From: a virus
Lineage: Duplodnaviria > Caudoviricetes
Reading direction: 5' to 3' (one strand)
DNA: 26,701 nt
Virus record (IMG/VR): IMGVR_UViG_3300046001_000837
Span: 1 to 26,701 of that record
Under the pieces are notes generated by a model. The model ran no database searches. It saw only the letters and a program-made list of their open reading frames with translations, and was not told the DNA's origin. The stretch's first letter is position 1; every line of letters begins with the position of its first letter. Below, piece by piece: positions 1-7,417 of the stretch. The position numbers were made by a program, and so were the translations under genes.

Positions 1-1
1 A

Positions 2-811
2 GAAGAGAGCTTGCGTGCCATTGGACTGGATGTCCGCAAGGTATCTGCACAGCACCGAGTTGACTTTGGAAGCCATGTCTCCGGCAGCTTGGACGCCATC
101 ATTGACAAGGGCGTTCCCGAAGCCCCGAAGGCCAAGCATGTGGCCGAGTTCAAGACGCACAGCAAGAAGTCATTTGATGCGCTGGTCAAGGATGGCGTGG
201 AGAAGGCCAAGCCTGAGCACTTCACCCAGATGCAGGTGTACATGCAAGGCACTGGCATTGACCGTGCGCTGTATGTCGCCATCTGCAAGGACGATGACCG
301 CATCCATACCGAGCGCGTGAAGTTTGACAAGGAGGTTTCAGAGAAAGCGGTGCGCCGAGGTCACTACATTGCACTGGCCGAGCGTATGCCAGCCCCGATC
401 AGCACTGACCCAAGCTGGTATCAGTGCAAGTTCTGCGATGCGTACAAGTTCTGCCACGAAACGAAGACCACCAAGCATGTCAATTGCCGCACCTGTGCCA
501 ACGCCACGCCAATGCCTAATAGCACTTGGCACTGCGCCAAGTGGAACGATGTGATCCCAGTTGACTCACAGCACAAGGGTTGCGAGAGCCATGTGCTGCA
601 CCCCGACCTAGTGCCGTGGCAACGCAAGGACGGGCCGGACGAGTTTACTGCGGTGTACGAGATCAATGGCGTCAACATGGCAAACGGTGACCCAGCGCAA
701 GAGGGCGTCTGGGGTAGCACGGAATTGCTGGCTAATGCCGAGGCTTGCGCTAGTGGTGATCCTTTGATTGCTGAGATGCGGCAGGTTTGGGATGCAAGGA
801 TAGTTGGCTGA
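2..811 (+). CDS. Cas4-like PD-(D/E)xK exonuclease (5'-truncated at window edge)
   Basis: Motifs GSLD...AEFKT, QMQVYM and a C-terminal CKFCDAYKFC Cys cluster, plus a further CRTC..WHC..GCxxH cluster. The frame is open to the window edge, so the true start lies upstream. Confidence 0.85.
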   Translation, partial: EESLRAIGLDVRKVSAQHRVDFGSHVSGSLDAIIDKGVPEAPKAKHVAEFKTHSKKSFDALVKDGVEKAKPEHFTQMQVYMQGTGIDRALYVAICKDDDRIHTERVKFDKEVSEKAVRRGHYIALAERMPAPISTDPSWYQCKFCDAYKFCHETKTTKHVNCRTCANATPMPNSTWHCAKWNDVIPVDSQHKGCESHVLHPDLVPWQRKDGPDEFTAVYEINGVNMANGDPAQEGVWGSTELLANAEACASGDPLIAEMRQVWDARIVG

Positions 812-2409
812 TGCTCCGTGACTACCAACAACGCACCATAGACCAGCTTTACGCATGGTTTGAGGAGGGCGGTAAGGGCAATCCTTGTCTGGTGCTGCCC
901 ACCGGATCAGGCAAGAGTCACATTGTGGCTGCGCTATGCAAGGACGCTTTGCAGAACTGGCCTGAGACTCGGGTGCTGATGCTCACGCACGTCAAAGAAT
1001 TGATTGAGCAGAACGCTGAGAAGATGCGCCAGCACTGGCCTGGCGCTCCGATGGGCATCTACAGCGCAAGCATTGGCCGCAAGGACTTGGGTGAGCCAAT
1101 CACCTTTGCTGGTATCCAGTCGGTGCGTACCAAGGCCAAGCAGTTAGGCCACACTGATCTGGTGATCATTGACGAGTGCCACTTGGTCAACCACAAGGAC
1201 GAGGGCGGCTACCGCACGCTGCTGGAGCAGCTCAAGGCCATCAACCCTGCGCTGCGGGTGGTGGGATTGACGGCCACGCCTTACCGGCTGGGGCATGGCC
1301 TCATCACCGACAAGCCAGCGCTGTTTGACGCATTGATAAATCCTATCAGCATCGAGGAGTTGATTTACAAGGGCTATCTATCAACCCTGCGCTCCAAAAC
1401 CACCAAGGCCAAGCTGGATGTGACTGGCGTTCATAAGCGTGGTGGTGAATTTATTGAGTCTGAGTTGCAGGCTGCGGTGGACACGGACGATCAGAACCAG
1501 AAGGTGGTGCGCGAGGTGGTGGCATTGGCCGGTGACCGCAAGGCGTGGCTAGTGTTTTGCGCTGGTGTAAAACATGCACAGCACATTGCAGAGGTTTTGC
1601 GCCAGCATGGCGTGGCTGCTGAGTGCGTGACCGGCGAGACGCCAAAGAAGGAGCGTGAGAGAATGCTGGCCGACTTCAAGGCTGGACGCTTGCGTGCGCT
1701 CACCAACGCCAATGTGCTGACCACTGGCTTTGATTACCCTGACATTGATTTAATCGCCATGCTGCGCCCGACGATGAGCGCCAGCCTGTATGTCCAGATG
1801 GCGGGTCGAGGCATGAGGGTTAAGAGCCACACCGATCACTGCTTGGTGCTGGACTTTGCTGGCGTGGTGTCTACGCACGGCCCGATCACTGCTGTCCAGC
1901 CCCCAAAAAAGGGCGGTGATGGCAATGGCGAAGCACCAGTCAAGGTTTGCAACGAATGCGGTGAGCTGTGCGCCATCTCAGCGTCTGTCTGCCCTGCTTG
2001 TGGGACTGCATTTCCAGCCCCAGAACTTAAAAAACTCAAGCTGCACGATGACGACATCATGGGGCTGGATGGCACTGACTTGGATGTGACCAGTTGGACA
2101 TGGCGCAAGCACATCAGCAAGGCATCAGGCAAAGAAATGCTGGCGGTGACTTACTACGGGGGCTTGAGTGACCCAGCCATTACAGAGTACCTAGCCGTTA
2201 CGCATGACGGGTACGCTGGTCAGATGGCTTTGCAAAAGCTCGTAGATATAGCAGAACGCGCTCAGATCGAGCCAGGTGGCCTCAACGTGCAGTCGTTGGA
2301 GGAGATGGCTCAGAACATGAATCAAGCGCAGCCACCAATTCATATTGAGTTCAAGCGCGATGGCAAATTTTTTAGAGTAATGAGAAGGAGATGGTATGAG
2401 ACACCCTGA
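811..2409 (+). CDS. Superfamily 2 (RadD/YejH-like) DNA helicase with C-terminal Zn finger
   Basis: LRDYQ Q-motif, PTGSGKS Walker A, DECH, TATP, LTTGFD, QMAGRGMR, CNEC..CPAC. ATG at 811 overlaps the upstream TGA (TGATG). Confidence 0.93.
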   Translation: MLRDYQQRTIDQLYAWFEEGGKGNPCLVLPTGSGKSHIVAALCKDALQNWPETRVLMLTHVKELIEQNAEKMRQHWPGAPMGIYSASIGRKDLGEPITFAGIQSVRTKAKQLGHTDLVIIDECHLVNHKDEGGYRTLLEQLKAINPALRVVGLTATPYRLGHGLITDKPALFDALINPISIEELIYKGYLSTLRSKTTKAKLDVTGVHKRGGEFIESELQAAVDTDDQNQKVVREVVALAGDRKAWLVFCAGVKHAQHIAEVLRQHGVAAECVTGETPKKERERMLADFKAGRLRALTNANVLTTGFDYPDIDLIAMLRPTMSASLYVQMAGRGMRVKSHTDHCLVLDFAGVVSTHGPITAVQPPKKGGDGNGEAPVKVCNECGELCAISASVCPACGTAFPAPELKKLKLHDDDIMGLDGTDLDVTSWTWRKHISKASGKEMLAVTYYGGLSDPAITEYLAVTHDGYAGQMALQKLVDIAERAQIEPGGLNVQSLEEMAQNMNQAQPPIHIEFKRDGKFFRVMRRRWYETP

Positions 2410-2587
2410 ACCGGATTTGGTGACTGACTACAAGCGCTGGTTTGCCGCTGGCCCACCGAGGTGCTGCCACACCTGTGAGCATTACGGCGTGGATGGCCTG
2501 TGCGTAGAGTTCTTTATGCAGCCACCAGCAGAGTTTGCCAGCACCGTGGGCGAGTGCGATAAGTGGGAGGCCGAATGTCCGTTCTAG
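2396..2587 (+). CDS. Small Cys-rich putative metal-binding protein
   Basis: CCHTC..C..C pattern; AGGAG upstream of the ATG; overlaps the helicase stop. Confidence 0.7.
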   Translation: MRHPEPDLVTDYKRWFAAGPPRCCHTCEHYGVDGLCVEFFMQPPAEFASTVGECDKWEAECPF

Positions 2588-3099
2588 GTCGACTCACCGT
2601 TCAAGAATTGCGCTCCAGAGTTGCCTACAACTCAGAAAGTGGCGAGTTTACTTGGCTGCATTGTGATACTTGCAGGGCATCATGGAATTCAAGATTTTCT
2701 GGAAAGAAGGCACTTTGTGCGCCACACTCAAATGGCTATCTGTTTGGGGCTATTGCTGATCGCAAAATGTTTGCACATCGAGTTGCATGGGCAATGCATT
2801 ACGGTTGCTGGCCCGATGGCGAGATTGACCATGTGAACCACGACAAGACAGACAACAGAATTGCCAATTTGCGTGTGGTTCAGAGAACGCAAAACGCCAT
2901 GAATTTGTCAAAATCAAAGCGCAACTCATCTGGCGTGACTGGTGTTTTTAAGCATACGCAGACCATGCGATGGCAAGCGCAGATTCGCATTAATAGAAAG
3001 TCAATCCACCTTGGATCGTTTGAATCGTTTGACGATGCAATTGCAGCACGCAGAAAGGCAGAGAAACAACATGGCTTCCACGAAAACCACGGCATCTGA
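2575..3099 (+). CDS. HNH endonuclease with C-terminal AP2 DNA-binding domain (free-standing homing endonuclease)
   Basis: AHRVAW...IDHVNHDKTDNRIANLR (HNH) followed by SGVTGV..RWQAQI..HLGSF..AIAARRKAE (AP2). GGAGG precedes ATG 2575. Confidence 0.92.
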   Translation: MSVLGRLTVQELRSRVAYNSESGEFTWLHCDTCRASWNSRFSGKKALCAPHSNGYLFGAIADRKMFAHRVAWAMHYGCWPDGEIDHVNHDKTDNRIANLRVVQRTQNAMNLSKSKRNSSGVTGVFKHTQTMRWQAQIRINRKSIHLGSFESFDDAIAARRKAEKQHGFHENHGI

Positions 3100-3436
3100 T
3101 GCAGTACCGTCAGAACATTTTGAACAACGCGAGTTCGTGCGCTGGTTTCGCCAAGGCTACAGGGGCGTGCGTATCTTTGCCATCCCTAACGGAGGGCAGC
3201 GGAGCATAGCGACAGCAGGGCGCTTGAAGGTTGAGGGCGTATCGCCTGGCGTTCCCGACCTGTTCATTCCAGACTGGCGCTTGTGGGTGGAGATGAAGCG
3301 AGTCAAGGGCGGCAGTCTTAGCGCCGAGCAGAAGGACTGGATTGCCTATCTGGAGGGCTGTGGCTACACCTGCATGGTGGCAAAGGGGGCTGATCAGGCT
3401 AAAGAAATGGTGTTAGGGTTTGTCCCTATCAAATAA
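3071..3436 (+). CDS. VRR-NUC domain nuclease (putative Holliday junction resolvase)
   Basis: SEHFEQ, AIPNGG, GVSPGVPDL, WVEMK, LSAEQKDW. Start taken at ATG 3071 inside the longer track ORF. Confidence 0.9.
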   Translation: MASTKTTASDAVPSEHFEQREFVRWFRQGYRGVRIFAIPNGGQRSIATAGRLKVEGVSPGVPDLFIPDWRLWVEMKRVKGGSLSAEQKDWIAYLEGCGYTCMVAKGADQAKEMVLGFVPIK

Positions 3437-3466
3437 TTGTTGCGTTACCGGAAACAGTGTTATAGT
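3437..3466 (+). promoter_or_regulatory. sigma70-type promoter (extended -10) with near-palindromic box in the spacer
   Basis: TGnTATAGT at 3458-3466; TTGTTG/TTGCGT at 3437-3445 as -35 candidates; GTTACCGGAAAC at 3444-3455. Lies in an AT-rich gap before a gene with a GGAG RBS. Confidence 0.7.
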
Positions 3467-3497
3467 AGAGGCTCATTAACACAACGGAGCAAACGAA

Positions 3498-3716
3498 ATG
3501 ACAACTTCAGCCTCTTACTTTCTTTCATATGCCTGCGCTGAAACCCTTGAAGTCGGCATCATTGAATTCGATACTTACGATGAGGCGTTCACAGCCTACG
3601 GTTGTCATGAAATCTCAGGCTACTCGGTTGTGATCCGCGACATTAATATGTTTGGCGCATTGGCCGCTGAAATCCGCAAAGACAAAGGCTACGCTGATCG
3701 CCGCGCCACTGCCTAA
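3498..3716 (+). CDS. Hypothetical protein
   Basis: 72 aa ORF with GGAG RBS directly after the promoter. Confidence 0.7.
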   Translation: MTTSASYFLSYACAETLEVGIIEFDTYDEAFTAYGCHEISGYSVVIRDINMFGALAAEIRKDKGYADRRATA

Positions 3717-3723
3717 ACCAAAC

Positions 3724-3737
3724 GGGGCTACGGCCCC
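3724..3737 (+). other. GC hairpin with cUACGg tetraloop and no U-tract
   Basis: GGGGC-TACG-GCCCC in the intergenic gap, just upstream of an AAGGAG RBS. Confidence 0.7.
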
Positions 3738-3754
3738 AACCCAAGGAGATTACC

Positions 3755-3943
3755 ATGAGCAAACCAAACAAAACTGTTGGCAACTGGCGTAAAGGTGTGG
3801 GCTTTACCCCGCGACCATCCAAACCGACAGATGCATTTGTCGAGTGGATGTGCGCCAACCCAAAGCGCTCTGCTGAGTTTGTGACGATTGAGAAAGCCCG
3901 CGAAGCCTTTCATGCAGAGCAATCCAAAAAGGCAGCAGCATGA
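3755..3943 (+). CDS. Hypothetical protein
   Basis: AAGGAG RBS; ATGA-coupled to the next gene. Confidence 0.75.
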   Translation: MSKPNKTVGNWRKGVGFTPRPSKPTDAFVEWMCANPKRSAEFVTIEKAREAFHAEQSKKAAA

Positions 3944-4083
3944 CCCCCACCCAACGAGTCCAAGCCCTACGCCAACGCCGAAAGGCGCTTGGCCTAACCA
4001 GAGTTGAGTTCTATCTCACCTTAGAACACGCCGCCAAAGTGCGTGGATATGTCAGTAAATTAACCAAGGAAAAAACGAAATGA
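3940..4083 (+). CDS. Small basic putative ribbon-helix-helix-like DNA-binding protein (not in ORF track)
   Basis: Manual translation MTPTQRVQALRQRRKALGLTRVEFYLTLEHAAKVRGYVSKLTKEKTK; ATGA overlaps at both ends. Confidence 0.7.
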   Translation: MTPTQRVQALRQRRKALGLTRVEFYLTLEHAAKVRGYVSKLTKEKTK

Positions 4084-4214
4084 AAGATACCTACTTTACT
4101 CAGCAAAACCATGATCAAGCTCGCAGCTTGGTGATCAGCTTTTTGGGCGCAGCCCTTCTGGTCTGCTCTGGCGTGATCTTTTTATTGGTTACCTTTGACG
4201 TGTTGGTGAAGTGA
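4080..4214 (+). CDS. Small single-pass membrane protein (not in ORF track)
   Basis: Manual translation MKDTYFTQQNHDQARSLVISFLGAALLVCSGVIFLLVTFDVLVK; AAGGA RBS; coupled to both neighbours. Confidence 0.7.
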   Translation: MKDTYFTQQNHDQARSLVISFLGAALLVCSGVIFLLVTFDVLVK

Positions 4215-4426
4215 TGATCAAGTACCTATGGACAGAGTTGAGGCTAATGTTGAAGACGGTGACGCCAGCGCAAGCAGTAGCGCATGAGTTGCTTCACGCA
4301 GAGCATGAACTGCTAGCCGCTGAATCTGGGGCTGAATATGCAAATGCGCTTATTGCGTATAACAAGAACCGGGTCAAGCGCCTGAAGGCATACTTGGCAG
4401 CGCCCGAACCCAAGGAGCCGACATGA
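4214..4426 (+). CDS. Hypothetical helical protein
   Basis: TGATG coupling upstream and ATGA coupling downstream. Confidence 0.75.
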   Translation: MIKYLWTELRLMLKTVTPAQAVAHELLHAEHELLAAESGAEYANALIAYNKNRVKRLKAYLAAPEPKEPT

Positions 4427-4683
4427 TCAGAACATGCGATGCAGGCGGCATCTGCCCACACAGGCCGCAGTGCGACCACTTCTGCCACTTCACTAATGCG
4501 GAGCTTGAGCCAGAGACGCGCAAGGTCAAGGCGTATTTGGCAGTACCCGCCGACATAGACCCAGTGCCTGATACATGGCACAAGATTGGCGCGTTCATGC
4601 TCTGGTGTATTTTTGCAGTGCTGTTGACGATCTGCTTGGCGCTGTTCTTTACTGGCATTTGGATTTGGAGTTTACTGATATGA
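4423..4683 (+). CDS. Hypothetical protein with N-terminal Cys/His cluster and C-terminal transmembrane helix
   Basis: AAGGAG RBS; CDAGGICPHRPQCDHFC; hydrophobic C-terminus. Confidence 0.75.
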   Translation: MIRTCDAGGICPHRPQCDHFCHFTNAELEPETRKVKAYLAVPADIDPVPDTWHKIGAFMLWCIFAVLLTICLALFFTGIWIWSLLI

Positions 4684-4901
4684 CACAAGAAGACATCATC
4701 CGCATGGCGCGGGAGGCTGGCTGGCAAGAGGACATGTTTGGTTTTGGTATCTGGGACAGCAAAGAATTAAATGTCTTTGCCGCCCTTGTTGCAGCAGCAG
4801 AATTTGCTAAACGCGAATGGAATTTCTGTGAACGATGCGGCAAGCGCACTGCTGACCTGACAGTGATTCACACATGCACACCACCACAGGAGAACACATG
4901 A
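4680..4901 (+). CDS. Hypothetical phage protein with CxxC..HxC motif
   Basis: Starts MTQEDIIRMAREAG at an ATGA overlap with a GGAG RBS; ends CERCGKR..IHTCTPPQENT. Confidence 0.75.
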   Translation: MTQEDIIRMAREAGWQEDMFGFGIWDSKELNVFAALVAAAEFAKREWNFCERCGKRTADLTVIHTCTPPQENT

Positions 4902-5098
4902 GTACAGACATGACCAAGACATGGTTTGATGGAACGAACATCATCACGCAGGAAATACCCGAGGCTGAAATCTACAAGCGTGAGTGGGTAGGGCTGACGG
5001 ATGATGAAGTCTACAAAATAGCGTTTGCTTTGGAGGGTGAGCATTGGAGAAAGGTTGCCGATGCCATCGAAGCCAAGCTCAAGGAGAAGAACACATGA
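4898..5098 (+). CDS. Hypothetical phage protein (REWVGLTDDE motif)
   Basis: AGGAG RBS; ATGA coupling at both ends. Confidence 0.75.
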   Translation: MSTDMTKTWFDGTNIITQEIPEAEIYKREWVGLTDDEVYKIAFALEGEHWRKVADAIEAKLKEKNT

Positions 5099-5208
5099 CA
5101 ATACAGCTTGCAACCGAAGATGGGGATTTTTACGGATTGCCCCGTGACTCGGTAAGTTCGTCCAACGCTGGCGGCAATGGCGTGACTGATGGAGAGACAT
5201 CACCATGA
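5095..5208 (+). CDS. Very small hypothetical protein (37 aa, not in ORF track)
   Basis: MTIQLATEDGDFYGLPRDSVSSSNAGGNGVTDGETSP; AAGGAG RBS; exactly fills the gap with ATGA overlaps at both ends. Confidence 0.55.
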   Translation: MTIQLATEDGDFYGLPRDSVSSSNAGGNGVTDGETSP

Positions 5209-5444
5209 ACTGCCCCAAATGCGGAGTATGGACTAGCGTACTTGACACGCGAAACAGAGGCTCATTTACAACACGCCGCCGCGAATGTGCGAACGGCCAT
5301 AAATTCACCACAGAAGAACATGTCAAACTTCAAAACTTGGACGCACGAAAATCTAGCGGAGTTCGCTTATCAAGCAAATATAAAGATGATCCAGCAGAAC
5401 GAGAGGATAGAGGAGCTACAGCGCGACCTCAAGGACGCCATTGA
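5205..5444 (+). CDS. NrdR-N-terminal-like zinc ribbon protein (putative transcription regulator)
   Basis: MNCPKCG...VLDTR...RRRECANGHKFTTEE resembles the NrdR Zn ribbon; no ATP-cone is visible. Confidence 0.8.
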   Translation: MNCPKCGVWTSVLDTRNRGSFTTRRRECANGHKFTTEEHVKLQNLDARKSSGVRLSSKYKDDPAEREDRGATARPQGRH

Positions 5445-5538
5445 GGCGTACCGTGGGCTAAACCGCCAGATACAACCCGATGTTGGCAAAGGCGTAACCG
5501 GCGTAGACCACGCCCATCGGGATGTTGCCCTTAAATAG
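5320..5538 (+). CDS. Hypothetical coiled-coil protein
   Basis: MSNFKTWTHENLAEFA...ERIEELQRDLKDAIEAYR; last gene of the + arm. Confidence 0.65.
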   Translation: MSNFKTWTHENLAEFAYQANIKMIQQNERIEELQRDLKDAIEAYRGLNRQIQPDVGKGVTGVDHAHRDVALK

Positions 5539-5598
5539 TTGCTCCACAGCGATGCCAGCGTAGATCACCGTGACAAGAATAATTAACCAGCCGCTCAC
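5458..5598 (-). CDS. Small two-helix membrane protein (not in ORF track)
   Basis: GTG start overlapping the upstream TGA; MSGWLIILVTVIYAGIAVEQLFKGNIPMGVVYAGYAFANIGLYLAV. Confidence 0.7.
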   Translation of the reverse strand: MSGWLIILVTVIYAGIAVEQLFKGNIPMGVVYAGYAFANIGLYLAV

Positions 5599-6569
5599 AG
5601 CTCTGAGACATCAATCACTTCACCTCGGAACTCGACGCAGCCGTCACCGAAGTCGTGGACAAGTTCCGGCCAAAGTAGACGGCCATTAAAGAAGGTCAGG
5701 ATGGCAAAGCCGCTGCGCCAGTTGGTTGGGTTGTCTTCCAGGTAATCAACAAACTGTGGGCCGTTTGGGTCGGCCAGTGTTCCGGTATCAACGCCAAACC
5801 TGTTGCCGTTGTAGTCCGCATACGGCGTAACTTTGAGGCTGTGCAGGTGGCCGGTAACGATTGTCTTGCCGCTGCCGACAGTATTGTTGTGCGTGGCGTG
5901 GATGCCGCCTTTGTAGCGGTGCTTGACAACCACATCTTCAGTCGGCCAGCAGGCCCAGCAGGATGTCCAAGCTGGGAAATGGTCTCTAAGGGAAAACCCT
6001 TTGACGCCCTCAAACTCATGGGCGTTGGCGGCAAGGCGGTTTTCAAATCGGCTGTCGTGGTTGCCTAGCGTCCAAATCAGTTTGGCACGTTCAGCGTCTT
6101 CCTCAATTTCGCCAAGGCTGGCCTCGCAGGCTTTAAGTTCTTGGATGATGCTGGGCTTTGTATCCCATCCGATACGAGGGTATCTACTGATAGATGCGCC
6201 ATCAAAAGCATCGCCGTTGTTGATGACTGCTTTGGGCTTGAACTCCCTGATCGCCCAGAGTAGACCTTTGAAGGCGGTGGTGCGGATACCAGGCCAGAAG
6301 TGGGCATCGCTGAACACAATGACCACACCGTTTTCAATGCCTAATTCCTGACGCGCTGCATGATTATGGGCGGTCTGTAAGTGCTGGTAATATTTGCTTC
6401 GGCTTCGATCTGCCGCCACCAGTTGGATTTTATGCCTCTGCTCAATAGCCCTGCGCCGCTGGTGTACGTTTGAGACATCAACTTCAATTATCTTGGAGAT
6501 TTTTGAGGCTGAACCTATAGTCTTCCAAAGTTCAATAAACTCGGCATCAGTAACGCGAGAGGCAGTCAT
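5595..6569 (-). CDS. Calcineurin-like metallophosphoesterase with N-terminal HTH-like region
   Basis: Motifs SDAH, GDAFDG, GNHD, KH, GHLH. AAGGA RBS favours ATG 6569. Confidence 0.88.
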   Translation of the reverse strand: MTASRVTDAEFIELWKTIGSASKISKIIEVDVSNVHQRRRAIEQRHKIQLVAADRSRSKYYQHLQTAHNHAARQELGIENGVVIVFSDAHFWPGIRTTAFKGLLWAIREFKPKAVINNGDAFDGASISRYPRIGWDTKPSIIQELKACEASLGEIEEDAERAKLIWTLGNHDSRFENRLAANAHEFEGVKGFSLRDHFPAWTSCWACWPTEDVVVKHRYKGGIHATHNNTVGSGKTIVTGHLHSLKVTPYADYNGNRFGVDTGTLADPNGPQFVDYLEDNPTNWRSGFAILTFFNGRLLWPELVHDFGDGCVEFRGEVIDVSEL

Positions 6570-6570
6570 A

Positions 6571-6942
6571 TCATTCCTTGGTGAGGACGCGCTCAAGCAC
6601 GTTAATTACTCGGTGTTCTGCGGCCTCAATTTGCTCATCTGACGAGCCTCTGTCTGTCGCTATTTGTATCAAATCGTAGGTAAGTATGTGCAAACACTCA
6701 TGCAATGCAGTTTTTCTCAAAGTCTCTGGCGTGATCTTTTCAGCGCCAAAGTCACCAATTCGGTATGTTGCTAGTCTGGCTGGCTGATTGAATTCAACGG
6801 ACGCCATTGCGCCCTTGGCTGGTTTTAAGCCGCGCTCAATGCGCCAGTCGCCTAGCGACAATTCTTCTTGCCAGTAAGCCATGCACTGGTCAAACAAAAG
6901 CACCTGTTCGGTGCTTGGCATGTTCTTGACGGGGTTTCTCAT
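6571..6942 (-). CDS. Small HExxH zincin-like metalloprotein
   Basis: TALHECLH with a downstream EAAEH helix. Confidence 0.7.
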   Translation of the reverse strand: MRNPVKNMPSTEQVLLFDQCMAYWQEELSLGDWRIERGLKPAKGAMASVEFNQPARLATYRIGDFGAEKITPETLRKTALHECLHILTYDLIQIATDRGSSDEQIEAAEHRVINVLERVLTKE

Positions 6943-6966
6943 GGTCGCCCTTGTGACTATTGAACC

Positions 6967-7005
6967 TCCGGATAATAACTATAACTTATTACCGGATTAT
7001 GTCAA
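6967..7005 (-). promoter_or_regulatory. sigma70 promoter overlapped by an inverted repeat (putative operator)
   Basis: Minus strand TTGACA (7005-7000), 16 nt spacer, TATAGT (6983-6978). Inverted repeat TCCGG[A]TAATAA-N7-TTATTACCGGA at 6967-6996. Confidence 0.8.
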
Positions 7006-7006
7006 G

Positions 7007-7417
7007 CTATGTAAAAGGCCGAGTGCCTGCTTTGTCAATAATCAGCGCTTGACGGCGCGGTTTATCTGCAATGCTGATATGCGTCCAAGCGTCGAACTCA
7101 CGGATAACTTGATCAAAAGATAGGTCTGAGGCCACCAAAGCCCTCACCACGGCGTCCGGCGTCATGCCTGGCACTCGGATGTCAGCCGCGCTGCCGGTGC
7201 GGTGCTGGCTGGTGTCCTTGCTGCCCACTGAGTCGTTAACTTGCTTAGACCGAAAGGCAGAATTGATCATGATTGGCTTGCCGTCTAGCAGCGTTTTGAC
7301 CTTCTCCAAGAACTCAGCCAGCTTTTGCAAGTTTGCCATCTCTGCCTCATTGGGCGTATTGTCAAACTCGCGGTGGCTGGTGGTGGTCAGTTCTGCCAAG
7401 GTAAAGTTGGGCGTCAT
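7007..7417 (-). CDS. Endolysin, peptidase M15A family
   Basis: NFTLAE, INSAFRS, SQHRTGSAADI and WTHIS Zn-peptidase motifs; follows a holin-like gene. Confidence 0.9.
   Translation of the reverse strand: MTPNFTLAELTTTSHREFDNTPNEAEMANLQKLAEFLEKVKTLLDGKPIMINSAFRSKQVNDSVGSKDTSQHRTGSAADIRVPGMTPDAVVRALVASDLSFDQVIREFDAWTHISIADKPRRQALIIDKAGTRPFT

Noticed and set aside
1-811. CRISPR-Cas locus suggested by the Cas4-like gene
   Set aside because: No repeat-spacer array and no cas1/cas2; the context is a phage replication module.
2575-3099. Group I intron or intein housing the HNH gene
   Set aside because: The flanking genes are intact and different, and no non-coding sequence is available for a ribozyme core.
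5205-5444. True nrdR repressor
   Set aside because: Only the Zn ribbon is present and the ATP-cone is absent, so no gene symbol was assigned.
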